The position numbers and the translations under genes are program-made. The notes under the pieces are model-generated. The model had not been told where the DNA came from and ran no database searches. It saw only the letters and a list, made by a program, of their open reading frames with translations. Positions 22,465 to 36,595 of a stretch of 64,000 nucleotides of DNA are shown here, one piece after another. Location: contig CDROCS010000253.1 in assembly GCA_977020255.1 (NCBI GenBank), positions 1,054,001-1,118,000 of the forward strand. Direction: 5' to 3'. The DNA comes from Obrimoposthia wandeli (lineage: Eukaryota). Position 1 is the first letter of the stretch, and each line of letters opens with the position of its first letter.

Positions 22465-23727
22465 TTGGCTAAACGAATGACCTTTTCTTCCTTTTCTTTG
22501 GACTCAACATTGCTTAAAGCAATAACCGAATCTGCTTATGATGAACCAACAGAAATACAAAAGCAAAGTATCCCTCTAATTCTAGCTAAACATGATGTTA
22601 TGGCAAGAGCACAAACCGGTACGGGGAAAACGGCAGCATTTGCATTACCAATACTGCAACAACTTGTCTCAACACACTCCTGTAATCAGGAGTTGAAAGC
22701 ATTAGTTTTAACGCCTACTCGAGAACTTGCTCAACAAGTATATAAAAGCTTTTGCCATTACGGTCAATTTACCAGGTTAAATATGGGGATTGCCTATGGT
22801 GGTGTTAGTACAAAGGCACAGATTAAAGAATTAAAAGCGGGTGTTGATATCTTAATTGCAACGCCAGGCAGATTGTTAGATCTTCTTCGAACTGAGTCTG
22901 TAAGCTTAGCTAAAATAGAAACGCTAGTATTTGATGAAGCTGACCGTATGTTAGATATGGGCTTTAAAGAAGAAATAGACCAAATTACTCAATATCTACC
23001 AAAAGCCAAGCAAACGTTGCTTTTCTCTGCAACATTCGCTGATGATATTTACAAGATGAGTAAAAACATTTTAGTTGACCCTAAAATTGTAGAGATTGAT
23101 GAAACAAATAAAGCTGCGGATGATGTAGAGCAAATTATCTATGGTGTTGATGCTGATCGTAAAAGAGAACTTACTTCTTTTTTAATCGGCTCAAGAAATT
23201 GGAAGCAAGTTTTAGTTTTCACTCGGACAAAACAGTGTGCTGATGAATTAGCTAAAGAAATGAGTAAAGATGGCGTCAAGTCATTAGCGATACATGGTGA
23301 TAAATCTCAAGGTGCTCGTGAAAAAGCATTACATGAATTTAAAGAAGGGAAGGTTCGTGCATTAATCGCAACTGATGTCGCTGCACGCGGTATTGATATA
23401 AAAGGTCTATCACATGTTATTAATTATGAACTTCCCTACAATGCTGAAGATTATATTCACCGTATAGGGCGAACAGCAAGAGCAGGAAACTCAGGTTTAG
23501 CTGTGTCTTTAGTGAGTCCCGGAGAAGAATGGTTACTAACAGCTATAGAAGAATTACTTGATATCCAGCTATTACAGCAATGGTTACCAGGTTATGAGCT
23601 GGATTTAACGAAAAGTATTGGTTTAAACAAAAAACCAATAAATAAAAAAAATGCACGTAAGGACGCACTGTCCGTAGGTGATAAATCTAAAAAGCACAGA
23701 CCAAATACTAGAAATAGAAGGCGATAG
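22465..23727 (+). CDS. DEAD-box RNA helicase (RhlE-like)
   Basis: PTEIQ, AQTGTGKT, PTRELA, DEAD, SAT, ARGID, HRIGRTAR; basic C-tail; ATG alternative at 22477. Confidence 0.95.
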   Translation: MAKRMTFSSFSLDSTLLKAITESAYDEPTEIQKQSIPLILAKHDVMARAQTGTGKTAAFALPILQQLVSTHSCNQELKALVLTPTRELAQQVYKSFCHYGQFTRLNMGIAYGGVSTKAQIKELKAGVDILIATPGRLLDLLRTESVSLAKIETLVFDEADRMLDMGFKEEIDQITQYLPKAKQTLLFSATFADDIYKMSKNILVDPKIVEIDETNKAADDVEQIIYGVDADRKRELTSFLIGSRNWKQVLVFTRTKQCADELAKEMSKDGVKSLAIHGDKSQGAREKALHEFKEGKVRALIATDVAARGIDIKGLSHVINYELPYNAEDYIHRIGRTARAGNSGLAVSLVSPGEEWLLTAIEELLDIQLLQQWLPGYELDLTKSIGLNKKPINKKNARKDALSVGDKSKKHRPNTRNRRR

Positions 23728-23833
23728 CACATACTAAGAATAGCAGGGTGGTTCCTTTGTGAGCTACTTTGTTATGCTTAGTAGTCGAATAGCGGCATTT
23801 ATAATCGAACAAACAAAAAGCTTACATTAGTAC

Positions 23834-23868
23834 TTGTACTAAAGCTAACTCTCTCTATAATGCGCTCC
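23834..23868 (+). promoter_or_regulatory. rrn copy 2 P1 promoter
   Basis: TTGTAC-16bp-TATAAT plus gcgctcc. Confidence 0.8.
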
Positions 23869-23997
23869 AGTTCCAAGGTGTTCACGCAAAATGAATCATC
23901 AAAGGACTGTTTTGATATGTTATCTAACCAATTAGATGGTAAATAACATAAGTTAACGTGTTTTTTAAATGTTTCTTGAAATACTTTAAAATAAAGG

Positions 23998-24032
23998 TTG
24001 ACATCAAAACTCGGAAGCGTATTATACGCATC
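23998..24032 (+). promoter_or_regulatory. rrn copy 2 P2 promoter
   Basis: TTGACA-16bp-TATTAT, same core as copy 1 P2. Confidence 0.8.
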
Positions 24033-24388
24033 CTGCTTCGGGGCAACAGCAACGAGCAACACTGATTAACCACACGGTTTTCAGTTCAGGTGAAGAGCGA
24101 ATGCGACTCTCATCTACGTTTACTTACTATATGTAACAAACGTTTTCTTTAACAATTAGTTATCATGCAATTTGTGTGAGCACTCACATTATGTTGTTTT
24201 ACATAGTTTTCCTTTCGGGGAGAACAAAAAAACGCTTAATGAATGATGTTCATGCAAATAAATATAGTTACGTATCTTTAGTTAGATAGGTAGCGACTAT
24301 GTAATGCGCTATTTACTTCGGTAGATAGCACGACAGAATTCATTGAGCAGTAACACATCGCTTGCGATGAGGTTACACAAACGATTTT

Positions 24389-24681
24389 TAATTGAAGAGT
24401 TTGATCATGGCTCAGATTGAACGCTGGCGGCAGGCTTAACACATGCAAGTCGAGCGGTAACAGAGATAGCTTGCTATCTGCTGACGAGCGGCGGACGGGT
24501 GAGTAATGCTTGGGAATATGCCTTATGGTGGGGGACAACAGTTGGAAACGACTGCTAATACCGCATAACGTCTACGGACCAAAGGGGGGGATCTTCGGAC
24601 CTCTCGCCATTTGATTAGCCCAAGTGAGATTAGCTAGTTGGTGAGGTAATGGCTCACCAAGGCGACGATCTCTAGCTGGTT

Positions 24682-24755
<74 letters not shown>

Positions 24756-25166
24756 CACAATGGGCGAAAGCCTGATGCAGCCATGCCGCGTGTGTGAAGA
24801 AGGCCTTCGGGTTGTAAAGCACTTTCAGTTGTGAGGAAAGGGATGTAGTTAATAGCTGCATTCTGTGACGTTAACAACAGAAGAAGCACCGGCTAACTTC
24901 GTGCCAGCAGCCGCGGTAATACGAGGGGTGCAAGCGTTAATCGGAATTACTGGGCGTAAAGCGTTCGTAGGCGGTCTATTAAGCAAGATGTGAAAGCCCA
25001 GGGCTCAACCTTGGAACTGCATTTTGAACTGGTAGACTAGAGTACTGTAGAGGGTGGTGGAATTTCCAGTGTAGCGGTGAAATGCGTAGAGATTAGGAGG
25101 AACATCAGTGGCGAAGGCGGCCACCTGGACAGATACTGACGCTGAGGAACGAAAGCGTGGGGAGCG

Positions 25167-25207
<41 letters not shown>

Positions 25208-25302
25208 TCAACTAGCCGTTTGTGGACTTGATCCGTGAGTGGCGCAGCTAACGCACTAAGTTGACCGCCTGGGGAGTACGGCCGCAAGGTTAAAACTCAA
25301 AT

Positions 25303-25352
<50 letters not shown>

Positions 25353-25429
25353 CAACGCGAAGAACCTTACCATCCCTTGACATCCACAGAAGAGACCAGA
25401 GATGGACTTGTGCCTTCGGGAACTGTGTG

Positions 25430-25461
<32 letters not shown>

Positions 25462-25467
25462 TGTGAA

Positions 25468-25502
<35 letters not shown>

Positions 25503-25543
25503 ATCCTTATTTGCCAGCGCGTTATGGCGGGAACTCTAAGGAG

Positions 25544-25596
<53 letters not shown>

Positions 25597-25687
25597 CTTA
25601 CGGGATGGGCTACACGTGCTACAATGGCGTATACAGAGTGCTGCAATACCGCGAGGTGGAGCGAATCACACAAAGTACGTCGTAGTC

Positions 25688-25738
<51 letters not shown>

Positions 25739-25749
25739 TAGATCAGAAT

Positions 25750-25806
<57 letters not shown>

Positions 25807-25865
25807 GGATGCAAAAGAAGTGGCTAGTTTAACCTTTCGGGGAGGACGGTCACCACTTTGTGTTT

Positions 25866-25896
<31 letters not shown>

Positions 25897-25929
25897 CCTA
25901 GGGGAACCTGGGGTTGGATCACCTCCTTA
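24389..25929 (+). rRNA. rrs: 16S rRNA copy 2
   Basis: agagtttgatcatggctcag to gatcacctcctta. Confidence 0.99.
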
Positions 25930-26026
25930 TCTTGAAGTAAAATTGCTTAATGGAAATCAGTTTTCGGATTGTATTTCACGAGTGTTCACACAAATTACAT
26001 GATAACAAATTGAAAGATACCCTGAT

Positions 26027-26102
26027 GGGGCTATAGCTCAGCTGGGAGAGCGCCTGCCTTGCACGCAGGAGGTCAGCAGTTCGATCCTGCTTAGCTCCAC
26101 CA
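26027..26102 (+). tRNA. tRNA-Ala(TGC)
   Basis: 76 nt, G3-U70, anticodon TGC, CCA. Confidence 0.97.
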
Positions 26103-26602
26103 TCTTGATTTTTATCTTTAAGAGAATCTACACGTCGCATTCAAAAGCCTTGTAAAACACAAGATAGCCACTTGATATCTTTTAACTAAAGAAAGAGACC
26201 AAACTTAAAACATCATTTGATGATGAGTTAAGTTTGGTTTTTTAAACCACAAAATAGCCGAATGTGTGCTGATTTGAAGTTCTTTAACAATCTGGAAAGC
26301 TGATATAAATATCGGTATTTATATGACAAACACGGTGTCGCGCTGTTGTTTGTTACAGTATAAATACCAAGCTGTTATGACATTCTCTTATCGTGAATGT
26401 AGTAATGGTGATAGTGCATCCCCCCAAGGATGTATTATCGAATTCATACTGTTCGCAAGAACATGATGTCTTATCAAGTAACTCATCGTATATCTTCGGA
26501 TATACTGAGTACGTGAAAATGTCAGACTTTACAATTACCTTGGATTAGTCTCCAGGGTGTACTTCGTGTTGATTCTTTTGAAGAGACTACTTAGGGTTGT
26601 AT

Positions 26603-27567
26603 GGTTAAGTGACTAAGCGTATGTGGTGGATGCCTTGGCAGTTAGAGGCGATGAAGGACGTGTTAATCTGCGAAAAGCTCAGATAAGGTGATAAAAACCG
26701 TTATAGTCTGAGATGTCCGAATGGGGAAACCCACTTACCATAAGGTAGGTATCGTTACGTGAATACATAGCGTAACGAAGCGAACCGGGAGAACTGAAAC
26801 ATCTAAGTACCCCGAGGAAAAGAAATCAACCGAGATTTCGTTAGTAGCGGCGAGCGAACGCGAATCAGCCCTTAAGCTTATTGGGCGCTAGTAGAATGTT
26901 CTGGAAAGGACAACGATACAGGGTGATAGTCCCGTATACTAAAGCAACCTTTAAGTGAAATCGAGTAGGACGGAGCACGTGAAACTTTGTCTGAATATGG
27001 GGGGACCATCCTCCAAGGCTAAATACTACTAACTGACCGATAGTGAACCAGTACCGTGAGGGAAAGGCGAAAAGAACCCCTGTGAGGGGAGTGAAATAGA
27101 ACCTGAAACCGCATACGTACAAGCAGTGGGAGCCCGATTTAGTCGGGTGACTGCGTACCTTTTGTATAATGGGTCAGCGACTTATATTCTGTAGCAAGGT
27201 TAACCGATTAGGGGAGCCGTAGCGAAAGCGAGTGTTAACTGCGCGTTTAGTTGCAGGGTATAGACCCGAAACCCGGCGATCTACCCATGGGCAGGTTGAA
27301 GGTTGAGTAACATCAACTGGAGGACCGAACACACGTATGTTGAAAAATGCGGTGATGACTTGTGGGTCGGAGTGAAAGGCTAATCAAGCCGGGAGATAGC
27401 TGGTTCTCCCCGAAATCTATTTAGGTAGAGCCTCGCACGAACACCATTGGGGGTAGAGCACTGTTAAGGCTAGGGGGTCATCCCGACTTACCAACCCTTT
27501 GCAAACTCCGAATACCAATGAGTGATATGCGGGAGACACACTGCGGGTGCTAACGTCCGTTGTGAAG

Positions 27568-27600
<33 letters not shown>

Positions 27601-28474
27601 AAAGTACTAGTTAAGTGGGAAACGATGTGGAAAGGCATAGACAGCTAGGAGGTTGGCTTAGAAGCAGCCATCCTTTAAAGAAAGCGTAATAGCTCACTAG
27701 TCGAGTCGGTCTGCGCGGAAGATGTAACGGGGCTAAACTAGTCACCGAAGCTGCGGATTTGCAATTTATTGCAAGTGGTAGGGGAGCGTTCTGTAAGCCG
27801 TTGAAGGTGAATTGAGAAGTTTGCTGGAGGTATCAGAAGTGCGAATGCTGACATGAGTAACGATAAGGGAGTGAAAAACTCCCCGCCGAAAGACCAAGGT
27901 TTCTGTCCCATGTTAATCAGGGCAGGGTAAGTCGGCCCCTAAGGCGAGGCGGAAACGCGTAGTCGATGGGAAACAGATTAATATTTCTGTACTTCTATAT
28001 ATTGCGAAGGAGGGACGGAGTAGGCTAGATGAGCACGGCGTTGGTAGTCCGTGTGAAAGATAGTAGGTGGTTGACTTAGGTAAATCCGGGTCTTCATTCA
28101 ACACTGAGAGTCGAGACGAGTCACTACGGTGATGAAGTCATTGATGCCATGCTTCCAGGAAAAGCTTCTAAGCTTCAGATATATAGGAACCGTACCCCAA
28201 ACCGACACAGGTGGTTAGGTAGAGAATACTAAGGCGCTTGAGAGAACTCGGGTGAAGGAACTAGGCAAAATAGTACCGTAACTTCGGGAGAAGGTACGCT
28301 GCTCAACGTTAAACCCTTGCGGTGTAAGCGAAGAGTAGTCGAAGTAACCAGGTGGCTGGAACTGTTTATTAAAAACACAGCACTGTGCAAAATCGAAAGA
28401 TGACGTATACGGTGTGACGCCTGCCCGGTGCCGGAAGGTTAATTGATTCGGTTAGTCCTCGGACGAAGCTGATG

Positions 28475-28569
<95 letters not shown>

Positions 28570-28829
28570 CATGGCCACACTGTCTCCACCCGAGACTCAG
28601 TGAAATTGAATTTGCGGTTAAGATGCCGTATACCCGCGGCTAGACGGAAAGACCCGTGAACCTTTACTATAGCTTGACAGTGAACATTGCTCCTACATGT
28701 GTAGGATAGGTGGGAGGCGTTGAAACTTTGTCGCTAGATGAAGTGGAGCCAATCTTGAAATACCACCCTTGTATGCGTGATGTTCTAACCTAGGGCCCTT
28801 ATCGGGCTTGGGGACACTGTCTGGTGGGT

Positions 28830-28872
<43 letters not shown>

Positions 28873-28950
28873 ACGAAGGTTGGCTAAGTACGGTCGGACA
28901 TCGTACGGTTAGTGCAATGGCATAAGCCAGCTTAACTGCGAGACAGACAC

Positions 28951-29049
<99 letters not shown>

Positions 29050-29078
29050 ACCGCCCAAGAGTTCATATCGACGGCGGT

Positions 29079-29121
<43 letters not shown>

Positions 29122-29123
29122 TC

Positions 29124-29156
<33 letters not shown>

Positions 29157-29325
29157 TGGTACGCGAGCTGGGTTTAGAACGTCGTGAGACAGTTCGGTCC
29201 CTATCTGCCGTGGGCGTTTGAGAATTGAAGAGGGCTGCTCCTAGTACGAGAGGACCGGAGTGGACGAACCACTGGTGTTCGGGTTGTCATGCCAATGGCA
29301 TTGCCCGGTAGCTACGTTCGGAACT

Positions 29326-29356
<31 letters not shown>

Positions 29357-29492
29357 AGGCTTTGAGATGAGTTCTCACTGGAGCTTTAAGCTCCCTAAAG
29401 GGTCGTTGGAGACTACAACGTTGATAGGTCAGGTGTGTAAGTGCTGCGAGGCATTGAGCTAACTGATACTAATTGCCCGTGAGGCTTAACCA
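26603..29492 (+). rRNA. rrl: 23S rRNA copy 2
   Basis: ggttaagtgactaag to ggcttaacca. Confidence 0.99.
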
Positions 29493-29656
29493 TACAACAC
29501 CCAAGTAGTTTTGCTGAGAAGTGAACTGCGAAGCGTTTGTATAAAGACTGACAACTACATAAATGTAAAATCACGTACTTACGTGTTACTTGAATCCAGA
29601 AAACCAAACGATATTTATAGCTCAATGAGCAAAGCTTTCTAAGATTGTCCCCTTTT

Positions 29657-29773
29657 TGTTTAGCGACAATAGCGCTGTGGCCCCACCTGATCCCATTCCG
29701 AACTCAGAAGTGAAACGCAGTTGCGCCGATGGTAGTGTGGGAGTTCCCATGTGAGAGTAGGACATTGCTAGAC
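29657..29773 (+). rRNA. rrf: 5S rRNA copy 2
   Basis: 117 nt 5S. Confidence 0.97.
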
Positions 29774-30299
29774 TTCTAATTTGTGCTGCGGCACACGAGC
29801 AGCCCGTTACATTGGTAACGGGCTACTTGAGAAACACTATTTGTTAACTTAATTGCCTGATAAATGAGCGATTAATGTAAAAAATACTGTTTTATAAAAT
29901 ACTTACTTTCTTTATGAAACTAAGTGTTGACAATAAAACTGAGAGGCGTATTATGCGCACCTCGCTCAGGCAAGGCCTGAGGTAAAGACGCTAACGAATG
30001 CGATTAGCGTCTGTCTTTCATAGCAATATGAACAGACATTTTTCTTTAACAATTAGTTATCATGCAATTTGTGTGAGCACTCACATTATGTTGTTTTACA
30101 TAGTTTTCCTTTCGGGGAGAACAAAAAAACGCTTAATGAATGCTGTTCATGCAAATAAATAGTGTTATTTATCTTTAGTTAGGTAGATAGCGACTATGTA
30201 ATGCGCTATTTATTTCCTTTTTATTAAGGGCGTAGATAGCACGACAGAATTCATTGAGCAGTAACACATCGCTTGCGATGAGGTTACACAAACGATTTT
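29774..30299 (+). repeat. Inter-operon spacer/leader, duplicated at 35701-36226
   Basis: No difference seen by eye; period 5927 bp. Confidence 0.9.
29927..29961 (+). promoter_or_regulatory. rrn copy 3 promoter
   Basis: TTGACA-16bp-TATTAT-gcgcacc, AT-rich UP-like region. Confidence 0.8.
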
Positions 30300-30592
30300 T
30301 AATTGAAGAGTTTGATCATGGCTCAGATTGAACGCTGGCGGCAGGCTTAACACATGCAAGTCGAGCGGTAACAGAGATAGCTTGCTATCTGCTGACGAGC
30401 GGCGGACGGGTGAGTAATGCTTGGGAATATGCCTTATGGTGGGGGACAACAGTTGGAAACGACTGCTAATACCGCATAACGTCTACGGACCAAAGGGGGG
30501 GATCTTCGGACCTCTCGCCATTTGATTAGCCCAAGTGAGATTAGCTAGTTGGTGAGGTAATGGCTCACCAAGGCGACGATCTCTAGCTGGTT

Positions 30593-30666
<74 letters not shown>

Positions 30667-31077
30667 CACAATGGGCGAAAGCCTGATGCAGCCATGCCGC
30701 GTGTGTGAAGAAGGCCTTCGGGTTGTAAAGCACTTTCAGTTGTGAGGAAAGGAGTGTAGTTAATAGCTGCATTCTGTGACGTTAACAACAGAAGAAGCAC
30801 CGGCTAACTTCGTGCCAGCAGCCGCGGTAATACGAGGGGTGCAAGCGTTAATCGGAATTACTGGGCGTAAAGCGTTCGTAGGCGGTCTATTAAGCAAGAT
30901 GTGAAAGCCCAGGGCTCAACCTTGGAACTGCATTTTGAACTGGTAGACTAGAGTACTGTAGAGGGTGGTGGAATTTCCAGTGTAGCGGTGAAATGCGTAG
31001 AGATTGGAAGGAACATCAGTGGCGAAGGCGGCCACCTGGACAGATACTGACGCTGAGGAACGAAAGCGTGGGGAGCG

Positions 31078-31118
<41 letters not shown>

Positions 31119-31213
31119 TCAACTAGCCGTTTGTGGACTTGATCCGTGAGTGGCGCAGCTAACGCACTAAGTTGACCGCCTGGGGAGTACGGCCGCAAGG
31201 TTAAAACTCAAAT

Positions 31214-31263
<50 letters not shown>

Positions 31264-31340
31264 CAACGCGAAGAACCTTACCATCCCTTGACATCCACAG
31301 AAGAGACCAGAGATGGACTTGTGCCTTCGGGAACTGTGTG

Positions 31341-31372
<32 letters not shown>

Positions 31373-31378
31373 TGTGAA

Positions 31379-31413
<35 letters not shown>

Positions 31414-31454
31414 ATCCTTATTTGCCAGCGCGTTATGGCGGGAACTCTAAGGAG

Positions 31455-31507
<53 letters not shown>

Positions 31508-31600
31508 CTTACGGGATGGGCTACACACGTGCTACAATGGCGTATACAGAGTGCTGCAATACCGCGAGGTGGAGCGAATCACACAAAGTACGTCGTAGTC

Positions 31601-31651
<51 letters not shown>

Positions 31652-31662
31652 TAGATCAGAAT

Positions 31663-31719
<57 letters not shown>

Positions 31720-31778
31720 GGATGCAAAAGAAGTGGCTAGTTTAACCTTTCGGGGAGGACGGTCACCACTTTGTGTTT

Positions 31779-31809
<31 letters not shown>

Positions 31810-31842
31810 CCTAGGGGAACCTGGGGTTGGATCACCTCCTTA
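30300..31842 (+). rRNA. rrs: 16S rRNA copy 3
   Basis: Full length, all universal motifs present. Confidence 0.99.
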
Positions 31843-31930
31843 TCTTGAAGTAAAATTGCTTAATGGAAGTCTTCGGATTTCACGAGTGTTCACACAAATT
31901 ACATGATAACAAATTGAAAGATACCCTGAT

Positions 31931-32006
31931 GGGGCTATAGCTCAGCTGGGAGAGCGCCTGCCTTGCACGCAGGAGGTCAGCAGTTCGATCCTGCTTAGCT
32001 CCACCA
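31931..32006 (+). tRNA. tRNA-Ala(TGC)
   Basis: Same sequence as 26027-26102. Confidence 0.97.
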
Positions 32007-32524
32007 TCTTGATTTTTACTTCGTTACTTGAATACTCGTGTAAGAGAAACTACACGTCGCATTCAAAAGCCTTGTAAAACACAAGATAGCCACTTGATAT
32101 CTTTTAACTAAAGAAAGAGACCAAACTTAAAACATCATTTGATGATGAGTTAAGTTTGGTTTTTTAAACCACAAAATAGCCGAATGTGAGCTACTTTGAA
32201 GTTCTTTAACAATCTGGAAAGCTGATATAAATATCGGTGTTTATATGCTGAACACGGTGTCGCGCTGTTGTTCAGGTGATTATAAATACCAAGCTGTTAT
32301 CTCATTCTCTTATCGTGAATGAGCTAATGGTGATAGTGCATCCCCCCAAGGATGTATTATCGAATTCATACTGTTCGCAAGAACATGATGTCTTATCAAG
32401 TAACTCATCGTATATCTTCGGATATACTGAGTACGTGAAAATGTCAGACTTTACAATTACCCCGGATTAGTCTCCGAGGTGTACTTCGTGTCAATTCTTC
32501 GGAAGAGACTACTTAGGGTTGTAT

Positions 32525-33489
32525 GGTTAAGTGACTAAGCGTATGTGGTGGATGCCTTGGCAGTTAGAGGCGATGAAGGACGTGTTAATCTGCGAAAAGC
32601 TCAGATAAGGTGATAAAAACCGTTATAGTCTGAGATGTCCGAATGGGGAAACCCACTTACCATAAGGTAGGTATCGTTACGTGAATACATAGCGTAACGA
32701 AGCGAACCGGGAGAACTGAAACATCTAAGTACCCCGAGGAAAAGAAATCAACCGAGATTTCGTTAGTAGCGGCGAGCGAACGCGAATCAGCCCTTAAGCT
32801 TATTGGGCGCTAGTAGAATGTTCTGGAAAGGACAACGATACAGGGTGATAGTCCCGTATACTAAAGCAACCTTTAAGTGAAATCGAGTAGGACGGAGCAC
32901 GTGAAACTTTGTCTGAATATGGGGGGACCATCCTCCAAGGCTAAATACTACTAACTGACCGATAGTGAACCAGTACCGTGAGGGAAAGGCGAAAAGAACC
33001 CCTGTGAGGGGAGTGAAATAGAACCTGAAACCGCATACGTACAAGCAGTGGGAGCCCGATTTAGTCGGGTGACTGCGTACCTTTTGTATAATGGGTCAGC
33101 GACTTATATTCTGTAGCAAGGTTAACCGATTAGGGGAGCCGTAGCGAAAGCGAGTGTTAACTGCGCGTTTAGTTGCAGGGTATAGACCCGAAACCCGGCG
33201 ATCTACCCATGGGCAGGTTGAAGGTTGAGTAACATCAACTGGAGGACCGAACACACGTATGTTGAAAAATGCGGTGATGACTTGTGGGTCGGAGTGAAAG
33301 GCTAATCAAGCCGGGAGATAGCTGGTTCTCCCCGAAATCTATTTAGGTAGAGCCTCGCACGAACACCATTGGGGGTAGAGCACTGTTAAGGCTAGGGGGT
33401 CATCCCGACTTACCAACCCTTTGCAAACTCCGAATACCAATGAGTGATATGCGGGAGACACACTGCGGGTGCTAACGTCCGTTGTGAAG

Positions 33490-33522
<33 letters not shown>

Positions 33523-34399
33523 AAAGTACTAGTTAAGTGGGAAACGATGTGGAAAGGCATAGACAGCTAGGAGGTTGGCTTAGAAGCAGCCATCCTTTAA
33601 AGAAAGCGTAATAGCTCACTAGTCGAGTCGGTCTGCGCGGAAGATGTAACGGGGCTAAACTAGTCACCGAAGCTGCGGATTTGCAATTTATTGCAAGTGG
33701 TAGGGGAGCGTTCTGTAAGCCGTTGAAGGTGAATTGAGAAGTTTGCTGGAGGTATCAGAAGTGCGAATGCTGACATGAGTAACGATAAGGGGAGTGAAAA
33801 ACTCCCCCGCCGAAAGACCAAGGTTTCCTGTCCCATGTTAATCAGGGCAGGGTAAGTCGGCCCCTAAGGCGAGGCGGAAACGCGTAGTCGATGGGAAACA
33901 GATTAATATTTCTGTACTTCTATATATTGCGAAGGAGGGACGGAGTAGGCTAGATGAGCACGGCGTTGGTAGTCCGTGTGAAAGATAGTAGGCGGTTGAC
34001 TTAGGTAAATCCGGGTCTTCATTCAACGCTGAGAGTCGAGACGAGTCACTACGGTGATGAAGTCATTGATGCCATGCTTCCAGGAAAAGCTTCTAAGCTT
34101 CAGATATATAGGAACCGTACCCCAAACCGACACAGGTGGTTAGGTAGAGAATACTAAGGCGCTTGAGAGAACTCGGGTGAAGGAACTAGGCAAAATAGTA
34201 CCGTAACTTCGGGAGAAGGTACGCTGCTCAACGTTAAACCCTTGCGGTGTAAGCGAAGAGTAGTCGAAGTAACCAGGTGGCTGGAACTGTTTATTAAAAA
34301 CACAGCACTGTGCAAAATCGAAAGATGACGTATACGGTGTGACGCCTGCCCGGTGCCGGAAGGTTAATTGATTCGGTTAGTCCTCGGACGAAGCTGATG

Positions 34400-34494
<95 letters not shown>

Positions 34495-34755
34495 CATGGC
34501 CACACTGTCTCCACCCGAGACTCAGTGAAATTGAATTTGCGGTTAAGATGCCGTATACCCGCGGCTAGACGGAAAGACCCCGTGAACCTTTACTATAGCT
34601 TGACAGTGAACATTGCTCCTACATGTGTAGGATAGGTGGGAGGCGTTGAAACTTTGTCGCTAGATGAAGTGGAGCCAATCTTGAAATACCACCCTTGTAT
34701 GCGTGATGTTCTAACCTAGGGCCCTTATCGGGCTTGGGGACACTGTCTGGTGGGT

Positions 34756-34798
<43 letters not shown>

Positions 34799-34876
34799 AC
34801 GAAGGTTGGCTAAGTACGGTCGGACATCGTACGGTTAGTGCAATGGCATAAGCCAGCTTAACTGCGAGACAGACAC

Positions 34877-34975
<99 letters not shown>

Positions 34976-35004
34976 ACCGCCCAAGAGTTCATATCGACGG
35001 CGGT

Positions 35005-35047
<43 letters not shown>

Positions 35048-35049
35048 TC

Positions 35050-35082
<33 letters not shown>

Positions 35083-35251
35083 TGGTACGCGAGCTGGGTT
35101 TAGAACGTCGTGAGACAGTTCGGTCCCTATCTGCCGTGGGCGTTTGAGAATTGAAGAGGGCTGCTCCTAGTACGAGAGGACCGGAGTGGACGAACCACTG
35201 GTGTTCGGGTTGTCATGCCAATGGCATTGCCCGGTAGCTACGTTCGGAACT

Positions 35252-35282
<31 letters not shown>

Positions 35283-35418
35283 AGGCTTTGAGATGAGTTC
35301 TCACTGGGACTTTAAGTCCCCTAAAGGGTCGTTGGAGACTACAACGTTGATAGGTCAGGTGTGTAAGTGCTGCGAGGCATTGAGCTAACTGATACTAATT
35401 GCCCGTGAGGCTTAACCA
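32525..35418 (+). rRNA. rrl: 23S rRNA copy 3
   Basis: Full length. Confidence 0.99.
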
Positions 35419-35583
35419 TACAACACCCAAGTAGTTTTGCTGAAAAGTGAACTGATAAGTGATTTGTATAAAGACTGACAACTACATAAAATGTAAAATC
35501 ACGTACTTACGTGTTACTTGAATCCAGAAAACAAAACGATATTTATAGCTCATTGAGCAAGCTTTCTAAGATTGTCCCTTTTT

Positions 35584-35700
35584 TGTTTAGCGACAATAGC
35601 GCTGTGGCCCCACCTGATCCCTTTCCGAACTCAGAAGTGAAACGCAGTTGCGCCGATGGTAGTGTGGGAGTTCCCATGTGAGAGTAGGACATTGCTAGAC
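35584..35700 (+). rRNA. rrf: 5S rRNA copy 3
   Basis: 117 nt 5S. Confidence 0.97.
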
Positions 35701-35853
35701 TTCTAATTTGTGCTGCGGCACACGAGCAGCCCGTTACATTGGTAACGGGCTACTTGAGAAACACTATTTGTTAACTTAATTGCCTGATAAATGAGCGATT
35801 AATGTAAAAAATACTGTTTTATAAAATACTTACTTTCTTTATGAAACTAAGTG

Positions 35854-35888
35854 TTGACAATAAAACTGAGAGGCGTATTATGCGCACC
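35854..35888 (+). promoter_or_regulatory. rrn copy 4 promoter
   Basis: Same as copy 3 promoter. Confidence 0.8.
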
Positions 35889-36226
35889 TCGCTCAGGCAA
35901 GGCCTGAGGTAAAGACGCTAACGAATGCGATTAGCGTCTGTCTTTCATAGCAATATGAACAGACATTTTTCTTTAACAATTAGTTATCATGCAATTTGTG
36001 TGAGCACTCACATTATGTTGTTTTACATAGTTTTCCTTTCGGGGAGAACAAAAAAACGCTTAATGAATGCTGTTCATGCAAATAAATAGTGTTATTTATC
36101 TTTAGTTAGGTAGATAGCGACTATGTAATGCGCTATTTATTTCCTTTTTATTAAGGGCGTAGATAGCACGACAGAATTCATTGAGCAGTAACACATCGCT
36201 TGCGATGAGGTTACACAAACGATTTT

Positions 36227-36521
36227 TAATTGAAGAGTTTGATCATGGCTCAGATTGAACGCTGGCGGCAGGCTTAACACATGCAAGTCGAGCGGTAACA
36301 GAGATAGCTTGCTATCTGCTGACGAGCGGCGGACGGGTGAGTAATGCTTGGGAATATGCCTTATGGTGGGGGACAACAGTTGGAAACGACTGCTAATACC
36401 GCATAACGTCTACGGACCAAAGGGGGGGATTCTTCGGAACCTCTCGCCATTTGATTAGCCCAAGTGAGATTAGCTAGTTGGTGAGGTAATGGCTCACCAA
36501 GGCGACGATCTCTAGCTGGTT

Positions 36522-36595
<74 letters not shown>

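Noticed and set aside
22465-23727. DEAD helicase beside rrn operons as a dedicated ribosome-assembly module
   Set aside because: Adjacency alone; the sequence is an ordinary RhlE-like helicase with no supporting evidence in the window
25600-28660. Single-base differences in copies 2 and 4 (e.g. ctacacgtg, gacccgtg, tttctgtcc, ggattcttcggaacc at about 36428)
   Set aside because: Homopolymer or dinucleotide indels in conserved sites, consistent with residual sequencing error
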